A DNA stretch of 62,079 nucleotides, counting the filler, from Choristocarpus tenellus KU-1152 (taxonomy: Eukaryota > Protista > Phaeophyceae), in assembly GCA_964200185.2 (NCBI GenBank). It is 11 parts of 11 records of this genome, joined end to end, with 100 filler letters (N's around TTAATTAATTAA, not from the genome) between each part and the next. Parts side by side here need not be neighbours in the genome. Positions count along the whole stretch, not along the records: positions 1 to 4,579 come from CAXNAD020013929.1; positions 4,680 to 18,958 come from CAXNAD020001239.1; 9 more parts are not named here. One strand, 5' to 3'. Below, piece after piece: positions 1 through 13,800 of this stretch; position 1 is the first letter of the stretch; each line of letters opens with the position of its first letter. The position numbers and the translations under genes were made by a program. Below the pieces are notes generated by a model. That model had not been told where the DNA came from and ran no database searches. It was given only the letters and a program-made list of their open reading frames with translations.

Positions 1-944
1 CTATGTTATGCCTCACACGTGTTGCATACCTCAAGAGGGCATCGGGGAAGGGGGGGAACACTGCATGAGGGGATTGTATCGCATCACCACTCCTATTTTA
101 ACAGTACATTTCCTCAACAACAACAAAAAGAACTGTACATGAGCTACTCGGCAGTTTCAGGACCGCATTATAAATGCGAGATCATTACAAATCTGTAGCG
201 CCACAGAGCCAGAGGAAGAAGTGGGACAGGTAGTACTCGTGTATGTTGGGACCAATACTGACCAATACTGCACTATCAGTAAAAAAAAAAGCTTGAGACA
301 GGGTTGGACACGGACAGGAGGGATCGGAAGAGTTTTTTATTTTTACATTCACTCGATACTTCCGAGCAACAATGCAAAAGAAATATATATATATTCACAC
401 GACAAGCATCAACGATCGCCTTGTCAGGTAACGAAAACTATTGAACTATGAGCAATTGAGGAAGGCGCAACCATGCGCGAGCGAGAATCACGCCTGCGGT
501 GGTTACAACTCAATACCATGACCTGTAAAACAACAATAAAATCAAACAATAAAAAGTACTTGGAAGGAGTGACAACAACAACAGCAACAACAGCATTTTT
601 TTTTTTTACTTTACGATAACAAAAATGAGAACGCAATAAAATGAACAATCAAACGATAGTTCGGAACAAAGTAGAAAGTCAAAAATTAGAAAGAAAGAAG
701 GAAAGAAAAAAAATGCTCCCCCTTCTTATCTTACATTCTCCCCAACTACAACATTCCCCCACCCACACCCACCCACAGGGTGGGTGATACAATCAATAGT
801 CGTAATACTATTTCTCATCACCTTGGTCACAAGGTCATGAACACTGCAACCGTACTCTACACAGTGGCAGTGGGGACACAACACTAGTCTTCCATGGTAC
901 CGTGCACGCAGGGATGGGGGTAGGCTTCTAGTTTTGCCCCGTAC

Positions 945-2208
945 CTTATTTGGGTGCATCCCAAAGTGGTCCACTTTGTTGCATGCACTGATCTCCTGTG
1001 CCCTCTGTAGCTTTCGGTTACACTTGTCATAGCTCCATGGCCACCTTTTCACAATCGTTTATTACAATCAGTGATTACGTACAGTAATTGATTTCAGTGA
1101 TTGCTATTATAAAATTTATAATCACACATATTTACAATGATAAAATACAGTCACTAGAAATTACTGCCATCAAATGCAATGAACGTCAGAACAATCCGTA
1201 GGGGAATGGATGGGGTCGGGTGTGGAAGGCGAAGGGCAGATAAACAACACAGGGAGACATCCTATCACTATGGAAGGTCATGTACCTGTAGCTCCTCCTG
1301 GATACAAGGCTCGCCAGATAAGATACACCATGAGTTTCTAATGCCACATCACATTAAGTCTGCTTTGATTTCTTTCAAATCAACATTGGAGAAAATATTA
1401 ATCAAATTATCATGGCAGACCGCACATGTTCTATACTCCAAACACCAACAAGGTCTATCACACTCACTGTCAACTGCACACCTATTGAAACACTGCTCAC
1501 AGTGGAGGCATCACATAAACACAATACCAGTACTAATGCCATTAACAATACTATGACCAATATCAGTACTATCATTATCAGCACTATGATCACTACTAGT
1601 ACTATTAAAATTATCAGCACTACTATCATTAATAGTCCTATTATCACTACTAGTACTACTGCCATTATCACTACCATCATCAATATTAATACAATCATAA
1701 TTACTCAAACCTACAATACCAACAGTACAAGTACACTACAAAAAAGTCCACGACAGATGGAAAAATCTCTCACACCCTACAAGTGTATCTCCTTCAAATG
1801 ACTGTGTCATACACAAACACACCCACCTACCAGGTACTAAAAGTACTATACTACAGTTGTAATGTTGTGCAAATCTCACAGGAGATTGGTCGATGCCTCA
1901 TAAGTAGCCCGCCCCAGGTTTCCCAGCAACCAGAAAGCTGGCCAAAGTCCACCTGTCTCCACATCCCCAGGAAGAGTCGCATTCATCTCGATAATGCCTC
2001 CTGCAAATGAAAGGGTTAGGGGGAAAGAACCACAGAAAAGAAAAAAAGAGTTGGGGAAGGCAGTAAAATCAAGCAGTCAAGACAAAAGCCTTGTCTGTGA
2101 AAGGAGGCAAAGAAGCCCTGTTATTGAGTAAAAAGAAGTACCAACACATGTTAGAAGAGAAAGAGAAAGAGAAAGACAGAGAGAACGATAAAAAGAGAAA
2201 AGAGAAGA

Positions 2209-2239
<31 letters not shown>

Positions 2240-3953
2240 GAGACAGAGAGAGACAGAGAAAGAGAAAGAGAAAGAGAACAAGAAAGAGCAAGAGAAAAGA
2301 AAAAGAAAGAGAAGAGAGAGGAGAAGGAGGAAGTATGTGCGTAGGGGGGGGGGGAAGTTTCTATCATCTATTTACTATTCCATCAACATATAATACGATT
2401 TCTTAAACACTTAGAGTCGAGTTCATTTTATTATTGTTTACATTATCATTGGTTGTGAAATATATATTTCTATTTTATCCTTCACATTGTTACTATTAAT
2501 ACTATTCTTAATCGTTTTTAAATAGATTTTTTCTTATTTCAATCTTGCTGACAGTATCACACAGATCCTTCTTTTCGGTGTCTACAACAGTGGTGAGAGA
2601 AATGATGACCTCAAGATCATATGCTGATATCAACTGCACAAATAAATCATATGCACAAGTTTGTTCTGCACTTACACCTACACTACAAGAAAATCACACA
2701 GCATCTCAACATACTTGCCAGACCTAATTCAAGGATATACAAGAGTCAAGGGCTTTTGTATTATTCCTTCCTACTAAATCACAATTGACTGCATTGAGGA
2801 GGATGTAGGCACTACCACACTGTGAATGTTATCACCACTCAAAATGTTCTAATAGTACTCTTGTATATATATTTTAAAGGGGGTTACCGTTCCGAATTTT
2901 TGAAACACTGATCCTCCTTCTTTCTTCAAAGAACCTTCTTTTGCAGGTACAATGTAAAAAATAAAGCCCCACACCTCACCACCCCCAACATAAAATAAAC
3001 AAACATATGGTACTAACAAAATGATATCAGTGTACATTCAAATAAGCAGGTAGTATCAACAACAAAAATAATAAACATCTCAAGAGAATAATAAAACTCC
3101 CATCGCCACTTCAAACCAACCAGTATGCCAAAACCAATCAATAAGAACATTTTTATTACTATCCATCCAAGGGATCCCAAACTCAGTGCAAAAATATAGA
3201 GCTAAAGAACAAGCAGTAAAACAATACTGCTCTCAATAAAATAAAAAATGTATATATAGAATCCGAGTACACAACAGTCATCTTTTAAAAATTTAAGAGA
3301 AAAAGAAAAAGAAAAAACTCCCCTGTAGCAAAGAAGGAGGCAGGCCAAGACCCACACCCTACTCACCATCACCCAGTAACTGGGTACAGAACACCTTGAA
3401 CGCTGCCAGCACAACACTATCAACACTGGAACATTGACTACACAAGTAATAAGAGTACAGTACACCATATAGGGTATACATTACGCAGTGCACTTCAGTG
3501 ATTGACTAAAAATAGGTTTGCATTCAGTATGGCAGGCGCCTGTATATTAAAAAAAAAAGAAGACAGCTGTTGTTGTACATCTAGAAACGCGGTGGTGTCA
3601 GTACATCACAGCAAAAGAAATATACGCTAGGATGGTAACAGACTCATGGGGGGAAAAAAGAATTGAATGTGCAAGAAGTAATAAGAAAGCGAACAGAAAT
3701 CAGCGACAATATTTGAAGCATTTGGACCTCAAAGTATAAATATATAAAATACATTCAATCGTAAATTTTTTAGCATTTCTATTTTCTATTTCTTTTTTTT
3801 TTGGGGGGGGGTTCATACCAGTGAAGCAGAACTTGTTCCATGTATTGACCATTGAACTCCGGTAGTACTTCTCAAGCGTCTCGTACTTCTTCTTGTAAGG
3901 ATTATATCCCCTCCACTGAGTCTTCTCCTTGGTCGTGGTGATGTTCAGGTTAC
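945..3953 (-). CDS. KRE6/SKN1-like GH16 beta-glucan synthesis-associated protein (internal exons only)
   Basis: Exons 3953-3819, 2000-1880 and 1044-945 have GT-AG borders and consistent phases. Joined: GNLNITTTKEKTQWRGYNPYKKKYETLEKYYRSSMVNTWNKFCFTG|GIIEMNATLPGDVETGGLWPAFWLLGNLGRATYEASTNLL|WPWSYDKCNRKLQRAQEISACNKVDHFGMHPNK. WNKFCFTGG, LWPAFWxxGNLGRA and WPxSYDxC are hallmark KRE6/SKN1 motifs. 5' and 3' exons not found. Confidence 0.9.
1520..1720. repeat. Degenerate ACT/ATC/ATT trinucleotide low-complexity tract (intronic)
   Basis: Runs of actactatcatt-like triplets that give the spurious Thr/Ile-rich ORFs. Confidence 0.7.
2153..2331. repeat. GA-rich purine microsatellite (intronic)
   Basis: (GAGAAA)n/(GA)n-like tract that gives spurious EK- and SL-rich ORFs. 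Confidence 0.85.
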
Positions 3954-4579
3954 CTGCATGACATCACATCACATCACATCACACAACAAAATCAAGACCC
4001 AACAAGAACAGAGTGTGTTAATGGACACAACGGAGCAATCCCCCCACACCCCACACCCCACACCCCCTCCCAGCACATCGCTCAGCCCTAACCCCACCCC
4101 TAGAGCACTACAAGAAAAGGCAATGATAGGACAGGACAATACTTTAACCTTGAAACAAGGATCAATGTCATGAGAACCTCCGTGAAGCCACCAGCTCTGG
4201 CATCAAGATCGAACTACTACTGTACACAGGAGTTCCACGTGCATGTTACAGGCGTTGTAGGGGTGTTGTTGCAAGGATAATTCTTACCGTCAAAGAACAA
4301 TACTCGCATTTTTTTTTTCACCAATAATTTTTTTTTCCAAATGACGGTGCATGATTCCACGCAAGAAATAAAAAACAACACGTTTCTTTTTAATGAAAAC
4401 TGCTCAGAACACTAAAAATAAAAAAGCTTTTTTCGTGCCGATAATATGTTTCTTTAAACGGGTTAATAATAAAAGCCTAGAAAATAAACGAAGTAACACA
4501 CATGCACCAGGAGAAAAAAAAAAAACTATAATCGTTGTATAGTATCAAATTGTAACCATGGTAAACCAAAAAAAAAAGG

Positions 4580-4679
4580 NNNNNNNNNNNNNNNNNNNNN
4601 NNNNNNNNNNNNNNNNNNNNNNNTTAATTAATTAANNNNNNNNNNNNNNNNNNNNNNNNNNNNNNNNNNNNNNNNNNNN
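4580..4679. other. Artificial scaffold linker (N44-TTAATTAATTAA-N44)
   Basis: Identical 100-bp linker also at 18959, 27878, 31134, 35745, 40776, 44947, 50157, 54232 and 58501. The core has stop codons in all six frames. Confidence 0.97.
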
Positions 4680-4823
4680 TTACCCCTACCTTTCACCCAC
4701 CCCCACCCCCACCCCCTTCCGCTTCAACACAGTTTTTGCACATCTGCTGCTGGTTTTCTCAACCCCCCCCTCCCCCTTCCAACACATTTTTTACAAATAC
4801 CTTTATTTGTTCTGTGTACATAG

Positions 4824-7800
4824 GCGGGGCTAACACTGAATGTGGACATGAGTGCGATGGCATTTGTGCGGTCCATGCCACTGGTGAGTGTTGTGTCTGA
4901 TTTTCTTTTATTCAAGCCTTTTTGACAGTGCCTTGGTTTCCTCATTCCACATGACTCTGTGGTCCTACACGTCAGATTATTTTGTGCTCTATTGTGTGAT
5001 GATCTATGTGACCATCTGCTGCAGCTAGATGTTCTGTTTTTTGTGTGATGTGTTTATATTTTTCTTTGATATTGACTCGTGTCCTGATCCATATCTCTTT
5101 TTGTTGTTTTGACCTAGCTCTATGGATGAAATATTGATTCTCATCCCGAGCTTGTGATCTTTGTCTCTGTTCCTGCAGGTCCAGTTTGTGTGTGAGCTAC
5201 TAAACTATCGAGACCCTAACCAGCTGACGAGGGGGATCCGTCCTCATGATAGGCGTAAAATAGAGACTGCACTTAAGGGTGTGAGCCTTGAAGTCACTCA
5301 CCGCAAGTCAAATCGGCAGGTGAGGTTTTTCAAATGTGATGGTGGAGGGCAGCGAGGCAATCTCTGTATGCATTGTTTAGTTGAGGAAGAGGTGTGTTTC
5401 TTCGTCATGGAATTAAGTTTGGAGTCTGGGGGGTTATTTTTCTTGACTTCTTGTATCAAAAGACCTAATGTTTCAGTGCATTTGTGTAGTTGTGTGAATG
5501 TTCCTGTTAATTGTTGAGCTTTGAATAAGGACGTGTGCCAGGTTTGTCATATTTGAAGGCTATTGTTATGGTAAGTGATTTAATTTCAGCTTTGAACATT
5601 TGCAGAGGGAATTGTGTAGAATTTGATTAGGGCAGGGATGTCCTGCTCAAATTGTAAGATTGTGCTTTGTCTTCAAATCCAGGAAGATCAGGTCTTCGCT
5701 CCTACCCTTTGATTGCACTGTTACTGGCCCCTGTTATAGTCAATTGGGAGTTGATACATAAATAATTGCTCATGAAGCACCAGCATAAATCTCCTTTCTA
5801 TGTCGAATACCCCTTGAATAACAGTACAAAGTGAGTGCAATCACCAAGGTGGGCGCTGACACCCTCACCTTTCCTAATGCTGAGACCAAGAGGGACGAGA
5901 ATGTGGCCAGATACTTCGAGTCCAAGTACCACAGACTCAAGGTGAGAAATGGGGATTTTGGTAGGGAGTTGTGAAGGGGAAGGGAATTAGAAGTCTATTT
6001 GCTGAGTATTTGAGGGATGTGTTTATTCTTTTAAGGTTAGGTGCTACATTTTGTTTTTGTGAGTTCTTTGCTCTGATGTGGTTGCTTTAGAGTTGTCTTC
6101 ATGTTTATTTTATGCCCTTTCTTACTGCTGTAATGCGAAGGTGGTCACTGTTCCACCTTGATAGTTTGGTGATTTGTGTTCATTGCACAAAATGTTACAG
6201 TGGTATAGCCTGTTTTAATGTTTTCCATGATAAGTTAATATGCCAAATTTTATTTCTTTTTTATGGTGTTGGTGTTGTGGAAAGGTTTAAGGCCCAAATT
6301 ATGTCTTTTGAGAGGGGGGAATATTTCAGGACTTCAAAATTTTGGCAAGTAAAATCATTTTGATCCCTTTTGTGAGGTCACGTTGATGTTTAGAAGCATT
6401 TTTGCACCTTCACATATGCAAGAGGAGCATATACCCTTTTCTAATATTCTACTCTCATGCTGTGCCTCGCCTTTTTGCATTGGTTTTGATGACATTTTCC
6501 ATGCTAATGACTGGCTTGGTTTGTAACAAACGTGTATGAAGTTGAGTCAGATGTCTGTTGGGAAGGCACTCAGTCCTTGACTATTTAAATCTAACATATG
6601 TACGCTGCTTTTGGTTGGGCTGTGCTCTGTGTGGATGGGCATTGCAGTACCCTGGACTTCCTTGTGTGCGCATTGGCTCCATGTCAAAGCACAACTACAT
6701 CCCCATGGAAGTCTGCACGGTAAGCATTTTATCTGGGAAAATTTCTTTGTGTTGGGAGGGGTTTTGTCGTGTGTATAGGTTTAATTGACTTATAGAGCTG
6801 TATCCCCTCGAAGTGTAGCTGGAAAAATATGTTGTCCCGATATTTGTGGGAGATACCTGAATTGTGGTCTAAAATTTGGTGCTAATACTGGTTTATATTT
6901 TTTGTACTATCATTAGATAACTTCTAACTCTGACTGATCTGTGTCTAGACATTGTACCATTATATCTAAAAATTTGCTGCTGCCAATCGTGTTATCTCTG
7001 AAAGATTATTGAGCTGAGACAGTGAGGTTGTTGTAGAATTAGTTGGTTTTATTTTTTTGAATGTGCAGAGTTTGTTCATGCATGTGACCTACCATACCAT
7101 GCATTGTTTTTGATTGAAATTATTTTCTGTTGTCGGTGTCTATGGTGGTAGTTTCCGTTGCACATTCTCTTGGTTTCTGCGTTCAGAGGTAGGTGTTGTG
7201 TAGTGCTTGTTGGCGTACGTGTAGGAACTGATGGGGGTTGTTGTGTCTTCTGCAAAAGGTGTATCAGTTTGTTGTCTGCTCTATTTTCTTTTGATTTATA
7301 TTTGAGTAAGAAGTTTTTTTGGACTGGTTTTTGTTATAATCGAACCATCTAGCTGGTTCCCTCCGAAATTCCCTCAGGATAGCTGCAAAAGATGGGTTGA
7401 TTAAGGTTGAGCGATGTTTTGGTGAATTGTTCTGGAGATGGATGTTTTGATTCCCTTCCTTTTTGTTTTTGTTTTTGGGATGATGTGCTTGAATTGATTC
7501 CACATGGGTCCATGTTTTATGAGGCGAATTTGCCTACTTGTCTTATTTATTTTTGTGTGTTTGTGGAAGGCAGGTTGCCCAGGGTCAGAAGGTCTCGAAG
7601 ATGGATGAGAGACAGACAGCAGATATGATTAAGATCACCTGTCAGAGGCCGCATATCCGGCAGGGTGCTATCCACCAGCAGTTTAACAATGTTCAGAGTA
7701 AGTGTTGTGTTATTTATGGGATGAGAGGATTGGATTGTGCGTTTGTTGATGGTTTTTGCTCATCTTCATTGAAAAAAATTTGTAGTGGAATTATTGGTTA

Positions 7801-10800
7801 GTAAGTGTGTGGTGATTTTCCTGGCATAGCTATTTTGGTTATTGTTGAAGTTATTTTTAGTAATAGAGATGTGAATAGGAGAGATTGTGGGACAAAGTAC
7901 AGTAAAAGAATATTTTTGTTAAATGTTTTGATATTTTGTGCAAGGTGGCACATGGTTTGAAGATTATTTTGTGACATTTTTCTAGGGGGAATGAAGGAAA
8001 TCTTTTGAGGTGTATCATTAATGTTAAGCAGAGAAGGAGATTTCTTGTCAGGTGTTCCATGTTAATAGGATGTTGGCAATTGTGCTGCTAGTTCGTTTGT
8101 TTAATCTTGACCTTCCTGAACACATGATGGGGGGTTTTTGTGGAACTTGAAAACCTTATTGTACAGGCAACATGAACAACAGCTGCAATCAGTTTGGCAT
8201 CAGAATAACCAATGCACAAATCAAGACCAAGGCCCGTGTGCTGCCACCTCCCTGGATGCAGTACAATGCAGTGAGAAGTGGAGGAATTTTTTTTACTAGA
8301 GTTTCTTTTTGAAATGAAAGATTTGGAGTGGTGCCGCTACGACTGTTATATTATTGTGTTTCAGATCAATCCTGCCTTACTTGTGACCTCCTTTGTTTTT
8401 GTTAATTGTCCCTGATTTTTAGTCTGGGAGGCAACCAACAGAGCAGCCGATCTGTGGCTCATGGAACTTGAAGGACAAAAAGCTCTTTGACAACAAGCCT
8501 CTAAAGAGCTGGGCCGTGGTCAGCTTCTGCCAGGGAAGGGACATCGATATGGGAGTACGTGTGTGTTGAAGGGGGAAAAGCTTTAGCTGGGTTAAGGTGG
8601 CACTTCCTTGGCTGTGTATTTTTATTTTATGTGGTTTGCCTGCGTTCTGTTTTTCTGTGATCTTTGAAAAATTTCAAAGTCAACAATTCACTCATTACGC
8701 TTCTTATTTTGTTTTTTGTTGAAGTTTTAACACTATTGAATCTTTGCTGTTCTTGTGTTGATTGCAGAAGCTTCTTTAGAATTTGCTACCATTCTTTTTG
8801 TGTCCGTCAGGTGTATGCTGTGCTTGTGCTTTGTTTGAAGCTTGTTCTGATGCTCCCATACAATATCCCGTATCGATGCTGTCCTTGTTTTGTTGTAAAA
8901 AATTATTTCAATAATTGCAGGGTCTCCAGCGGTTTTTGTCAGAGTTGGTGAAGGTCATGGGGATCCATGGCATGGCAGTGAGTATTTGAATATATTGATA
9001 TTTGAAGGAAGAGAATGGTCTGGTTGGGGATGTGAGGAGGGGATGATGTAGTCTTGTCAAATATTATTGCTGGTGAAGCTGAGTATATTTTATTACTATT
9101 TAAAGTTACAGTTTATTTGGTGAATAGCTTTGTCTTGCAGTAATGTTCTGACTGTTTGGGTATGTAGTATGCAGTATGCGGTCTAACGCTGTGTTGTAGA
9201 TATTTTTGTGCGGTATTGAAGCTTACATTGTGTGTCAAGGTTTGTTCATATGCCTGTTGCTCTCCATCTCATTTCCTCCAAACATATATATATATATATA
9301 TGATCGATGCATTTATGTCTTTTTTTGGCATCTCCTCTCCTGACTTACTCTTACTTTGCCCCAACACCCCACCTCTCTACCAATACAGTGTCGACTATGT
9401 CGCATTGCGTGCCTCCTCTGAATGACATGATCTGACTTGTTTGTCCTTACATATTTTGAATGCAATAAACACATGAACACATTTATTTTTTGTAGGTGGT
9501 TGGCGCAGCACAAAAGCCTCCCATTGTGATCGCAGAATCTGTTCCAGGAAACAGGCAGAGGGTGGATGACCTCACCTATGCCCGAAATGCACTTTCTGCA
9601 GCCAAGGACCAGGCAGAGTGAGTGCATGGAATTATATGGTAGTGGTGGGCCTGTTTGGCAGAGTGTGTCTGCTGCTCATTTGCATTTGTGTATCTTGGAT
9701 TCCTCTTGAACTCGCATGAAAATGGACCACTTTTTTATGGTAAACTGGTTTTATGGGGGGGTTGGACAGGTTGTTATTACCTTAAGAATGGTTGGGAGTA
9801 AATACTACTTAGAAGGGGGGTTTGGTTTTTTTACTTTTTGGATTGTAAGGGCTTTTTGAACTTTGTGAGGGCATGGCTGTAGAAGATTGGCTTTCTTGTC
9901 CCTCTTAGATGGCATTGCTCTCATGACCTGTGTTTCTGAAGAATATTAATAGACTATTGTGTGTGCTTTTGGGGTAGACTGGGTGTTGGTAGGTATGTAG
10001 GTGGGTGAGTGAATTTTGTACTCCCTTAGCTTGTTTTATTGTTCATGTTTTGTGCATGGTATGCTGTATTAGGTTTTGATTTTATTATTGTGGATAAATA
10101 TGGTGCATGTATGAATGACTGTACGGTTCCAAGTGTGTTTTAATTGTGAGCATGCTGAGGCATACACTAATTTTCCTCATAATACAAGAATATACCCATA
10201 CACATGTACATACACATTGGGGGCAAAGCTTTATGGCAATCCAATTTGCCTTACGTTTTACTACCTTGAACCTGTACCTGCAGACGCCAGTTCAAGGCCC
10301 CGTGTCAGTTAATCTTGTGCCCCAAGTCCACCCAGGACTCCAAGGACTATGGCGAGATTAAGATGGCCTCCGACACCACCCTTGGTGTTCCCAGTCAGGT
10401 GAAGATAGCATGTGTTTATCAGTGATAAATCGGTGAGAATGTCTGACTTTCTGTTGGAGTGGAAGATGGAGAAGGGGGAGAGGGAATGGTTATCAATCCG
10501 GTGTTGGTTTGATGTCTATTGTTGAAAATTGGGTCGTTTACACCCAACAGGCTTCATGTTAAATATTTCAAAGAAAAGAAAATGAAGTAGGGATGTGGTG
10601 TTGTGGGAACTTTCCTTTTGTTTCCAATGTGATGTCTTGGCAAGTAGTTGTGAGTGGATGTATGGGAGTTAGTTTGAATTCTGAGACAACTGAAGTGTCC
10701 ACGGATGAAACAGCTCCACAGATACTTCTTGTTTGCAGGGTATTAAGGAGTTGTGATTGTGCTGTGCTTTGTAAGAGAGGCAGAGGTGCCTTTTTATGTA

Positions 10801-13800
10801 TTTTGTTGTGTTGAGGCATCTGATTCAATCCCCTAATGGAGCTCAGTGGTTCTACCTCTGCCATGTTTGCACAAATCTCTGCTAATCAGATGTTGCAGTT
10901 TTGAGTTGGATAAGTTTACAACACACTAGAAACCGTAAGGGTGATCATTATATCTCCCTAACCTTGCCACTCTTTGCACCTTTTTTTTCAGGTGTGTTTG
11001 GTGAAGCACGTCCAGGCAAGCAAGATCCAGTACTTGGCTAACTTGTGCTTGAAGATCAATGCCAAGCTTGGGGGACGTAATGCTGTGCCAAGGGACCAGC
11101 TTCCCTTCGTTCAGGATGTGAGAAACTTACTTCCCCCTTTAAGGTTTCCCCAGTCTCCCTTTCCCCCATCGATTATGATAATGAATCTATTTCTTAGCCA
11201 CCCTATTGTTTTTCCCAGTACTGATCAAGTGCGTCATGTCTTTGTCAAGTGTAGATTAGGGGTTAGGGGAATGTGTTCTGCTGTGCGGATTAGCTTCAGG
11301 TGTATGTAAAATGCGCTGAGGGTTGGGAAAGCGATTGTGCAGTTTTCTGCTGGGCTTGAGAAGGTCGATGAAGGCTGCTGGCCTGCAGTCGTGCTGAAAC
11401 TTGCATCGGCAGCATTGAATTGCTTTGTGACAGGGTAATCATGAAAAAGTGTAAAGAAACTCTAAACTCTACAACTGAGTTTTGTTCTATATAATGAAGT
11501 AGTTGGATATTTGTCGCACTATTATGTGTGGGGAAACCAAGATTAGAACCCAGGGTATTCCTTACCTGCACTAAAGTGTAGGGTGTTGCTGAATTCTTTC
11601 GGCGTTGAGTAGGATTTATTGCTTGGTGACATTGACCAACAGTTGACCAGATTTATTTTCTGGGTTCCCTCACTTCTTCAGAGGTGATCATATTTTTTGT
11701 ATGAAGAGTTTACTTAGTCGTTGTGTACACTTGGGAGTACCTTTATACCTCAATCTGTGATGTATACCGATTCAAGTTCTGTATTAAACCCCGGATGTAA
11801 GTTTCTACTAGAAAAGAATGCCTGTTTGAGAAGACGCTCAGGTGCAGGCATCAATGTGTGTCTGGCACAGTGACATCATTTCGACAGGGGAATGCTTGCT
11901 ATGAGTGCTGTTGTGTTTTCATTCTTCTGTCTCTGCTGATTCAACCTACCTCCTTTTTTTTCATGTATGTCACTGTTTTTTTGGGGTGTGGTATACAGGC
12001 GCCAACAATTGTGTTTGGGGCAGATGTGAATCACCCAGGGGCCGGGAATGTGTCTAAGCCGTCCATTGCGGCAGTGGTAGCAAGCATGGACCGGTGGGTA
12101 TCTAGGCATGCATCCTGTGTTGCTGTTCAGGAGCACCGGAAGGAAGTTATCCAGGTGAACACAACAATGCAAGCATTATAGATATTTAAGGGGTGTAGAG
12201 TGTTTTGGACAACACTTTCAGGGTGATCTTTTGAAGTTCAAGGATTGTTGTCAATGGCTTCTCCCTACGTTGTTTCTATTTTGAAAGTCTCTCAAGAGTT
12301 TCATCCCTTCTGTATTGGTGGGTTGGGTGTGGGTAGGGGTGATTAATGTCGCTGTGTAATGTTAATGTGGTCTTTGGCTTTAGCAGGCCTGGTGAGTGTG
12401 TACCGTTTCGAGTGGGCTTAGTGGACCTGTTGTTTCAATCTGTTGCCTTACCATACCGGCTTGATTTGTTGTGTCACAAAGATGGTCATTTGCTTTGGGT
12501 TGGCAGGTATATGTTTGAGTTTTGCATTTCCTCCATTAATTTTTCACAAATTCAAGGCCTCTGTGTAGATATAGATATATATATATATATATTTAATTGT
12601 CAGGTTTGAACTGGAAATTTTGCGTTCAAGTGGTGAAGAGCTTTTTCTTTATGTGGACTATTCTCATTTGGACTCCAAGTCTGATTTTGAGGGAGGGTTG
12701 TGCGTAAAACTGTCTGGCATTACATAACTTGCATGCGTCCAACAGGTACATATTCCTAGAGTGTTCAATAGCATAAATTCAAGCAGCAATAGATTGAAAA
12801 AGGATGTGATCATTTTTCTTTTCATGATAATGGACGGATGATGTGTGAATGAGCAGGACCTGGCAACCATGGTAAAGTCTCTCTTGGTGACCTTCTACAA
12901 GTGCAATAATGCCAAGCCTCAACGTATCATCTTTTTCCGTGACGGTGTAAGTGAAGGGCAGTTCAAGGAGGTGCTTCTATATGAAGTGAGTTTCCCTAGC
13001 ACTATTTTAGGTAGTATGCTGTCTGAGAAGGGGAGGTTCATTGATTTTTGGGGGGGGGGGCCTTTGACTCCCTTGTGGAGGAGTTTTTTTACTAGCAGTG
13101 AGTTCGCAGCTAATTTTGTCATCTGCAGTGATACCCTTTGAAGGGGGATGGAGTTATTTCAGACATTTGGCATAGGGTATATTGGAGAAGGTCCAAAAAT
13201 CCTTCAAGTTGTCGTAAGGGTTGTAATCAACCCCCTCTTCGATGGTTTCGCTTTTCCCCTCCTTTTTTCTGGTTGTTGATTTCTTTATCTTCTCGAATTT
13301 GCATAGGAGATGCGTTCCTATTCTTTTCCTTATCGGGTAGTTATTATTGTGATACCAATTTTGTGGGTGTCTTGAGGTGTGGGCTTTGAAGTTGGTGTTT
13401 TGGGGGTTGTGTGACCTGTGGGGTGGTCATAGGCGGCTGAATCCTTCTGTGATTGCCATGTCTTGCTAGTAGAACATTGTAGTTGAGTTTGCTTTCAACC
13501 TATTTGACAAAACTGTAGATATAGGGTCATTGCATTTATAGGATGAACACCATGTGTTCCAGTGATGACATTTGTTTCTAGTGGCATGTACTGCATGCCA
13601 CTCCATTTTTTTGCAAGGAGAGTCTTCACCAGGCATTATTGCAAGTACTGCAGCAGCAATAGCACGCATAATTTTGTCGTTGAGGGATGACTGTAGAAGA
13701 CCCTACAAGGACATGGGATCTGTGTTCATACGAAAAAAAGCACTAGCACAGGGACAGGTACTAAGATGAGAGCAACATCACTTGGTATTTCCTGTCTGAA

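Noticed and set aside
424-522. Next exon of the KRE6-like gene
   Set aside because: It has an acceptor-like site but does not encode the expected GRGAPEIDxxE motif.
1402-2393. Thr/Ile-rich and Glu/Lys-rich ORFs
   Set aside because: Products of intronic low-complexity tracts in the GH16 gene.
4624-4635. Recurring TTAATTAATTAA as a biological motif
   Set aside because: Always centred in N runs; it is an assembly linker.
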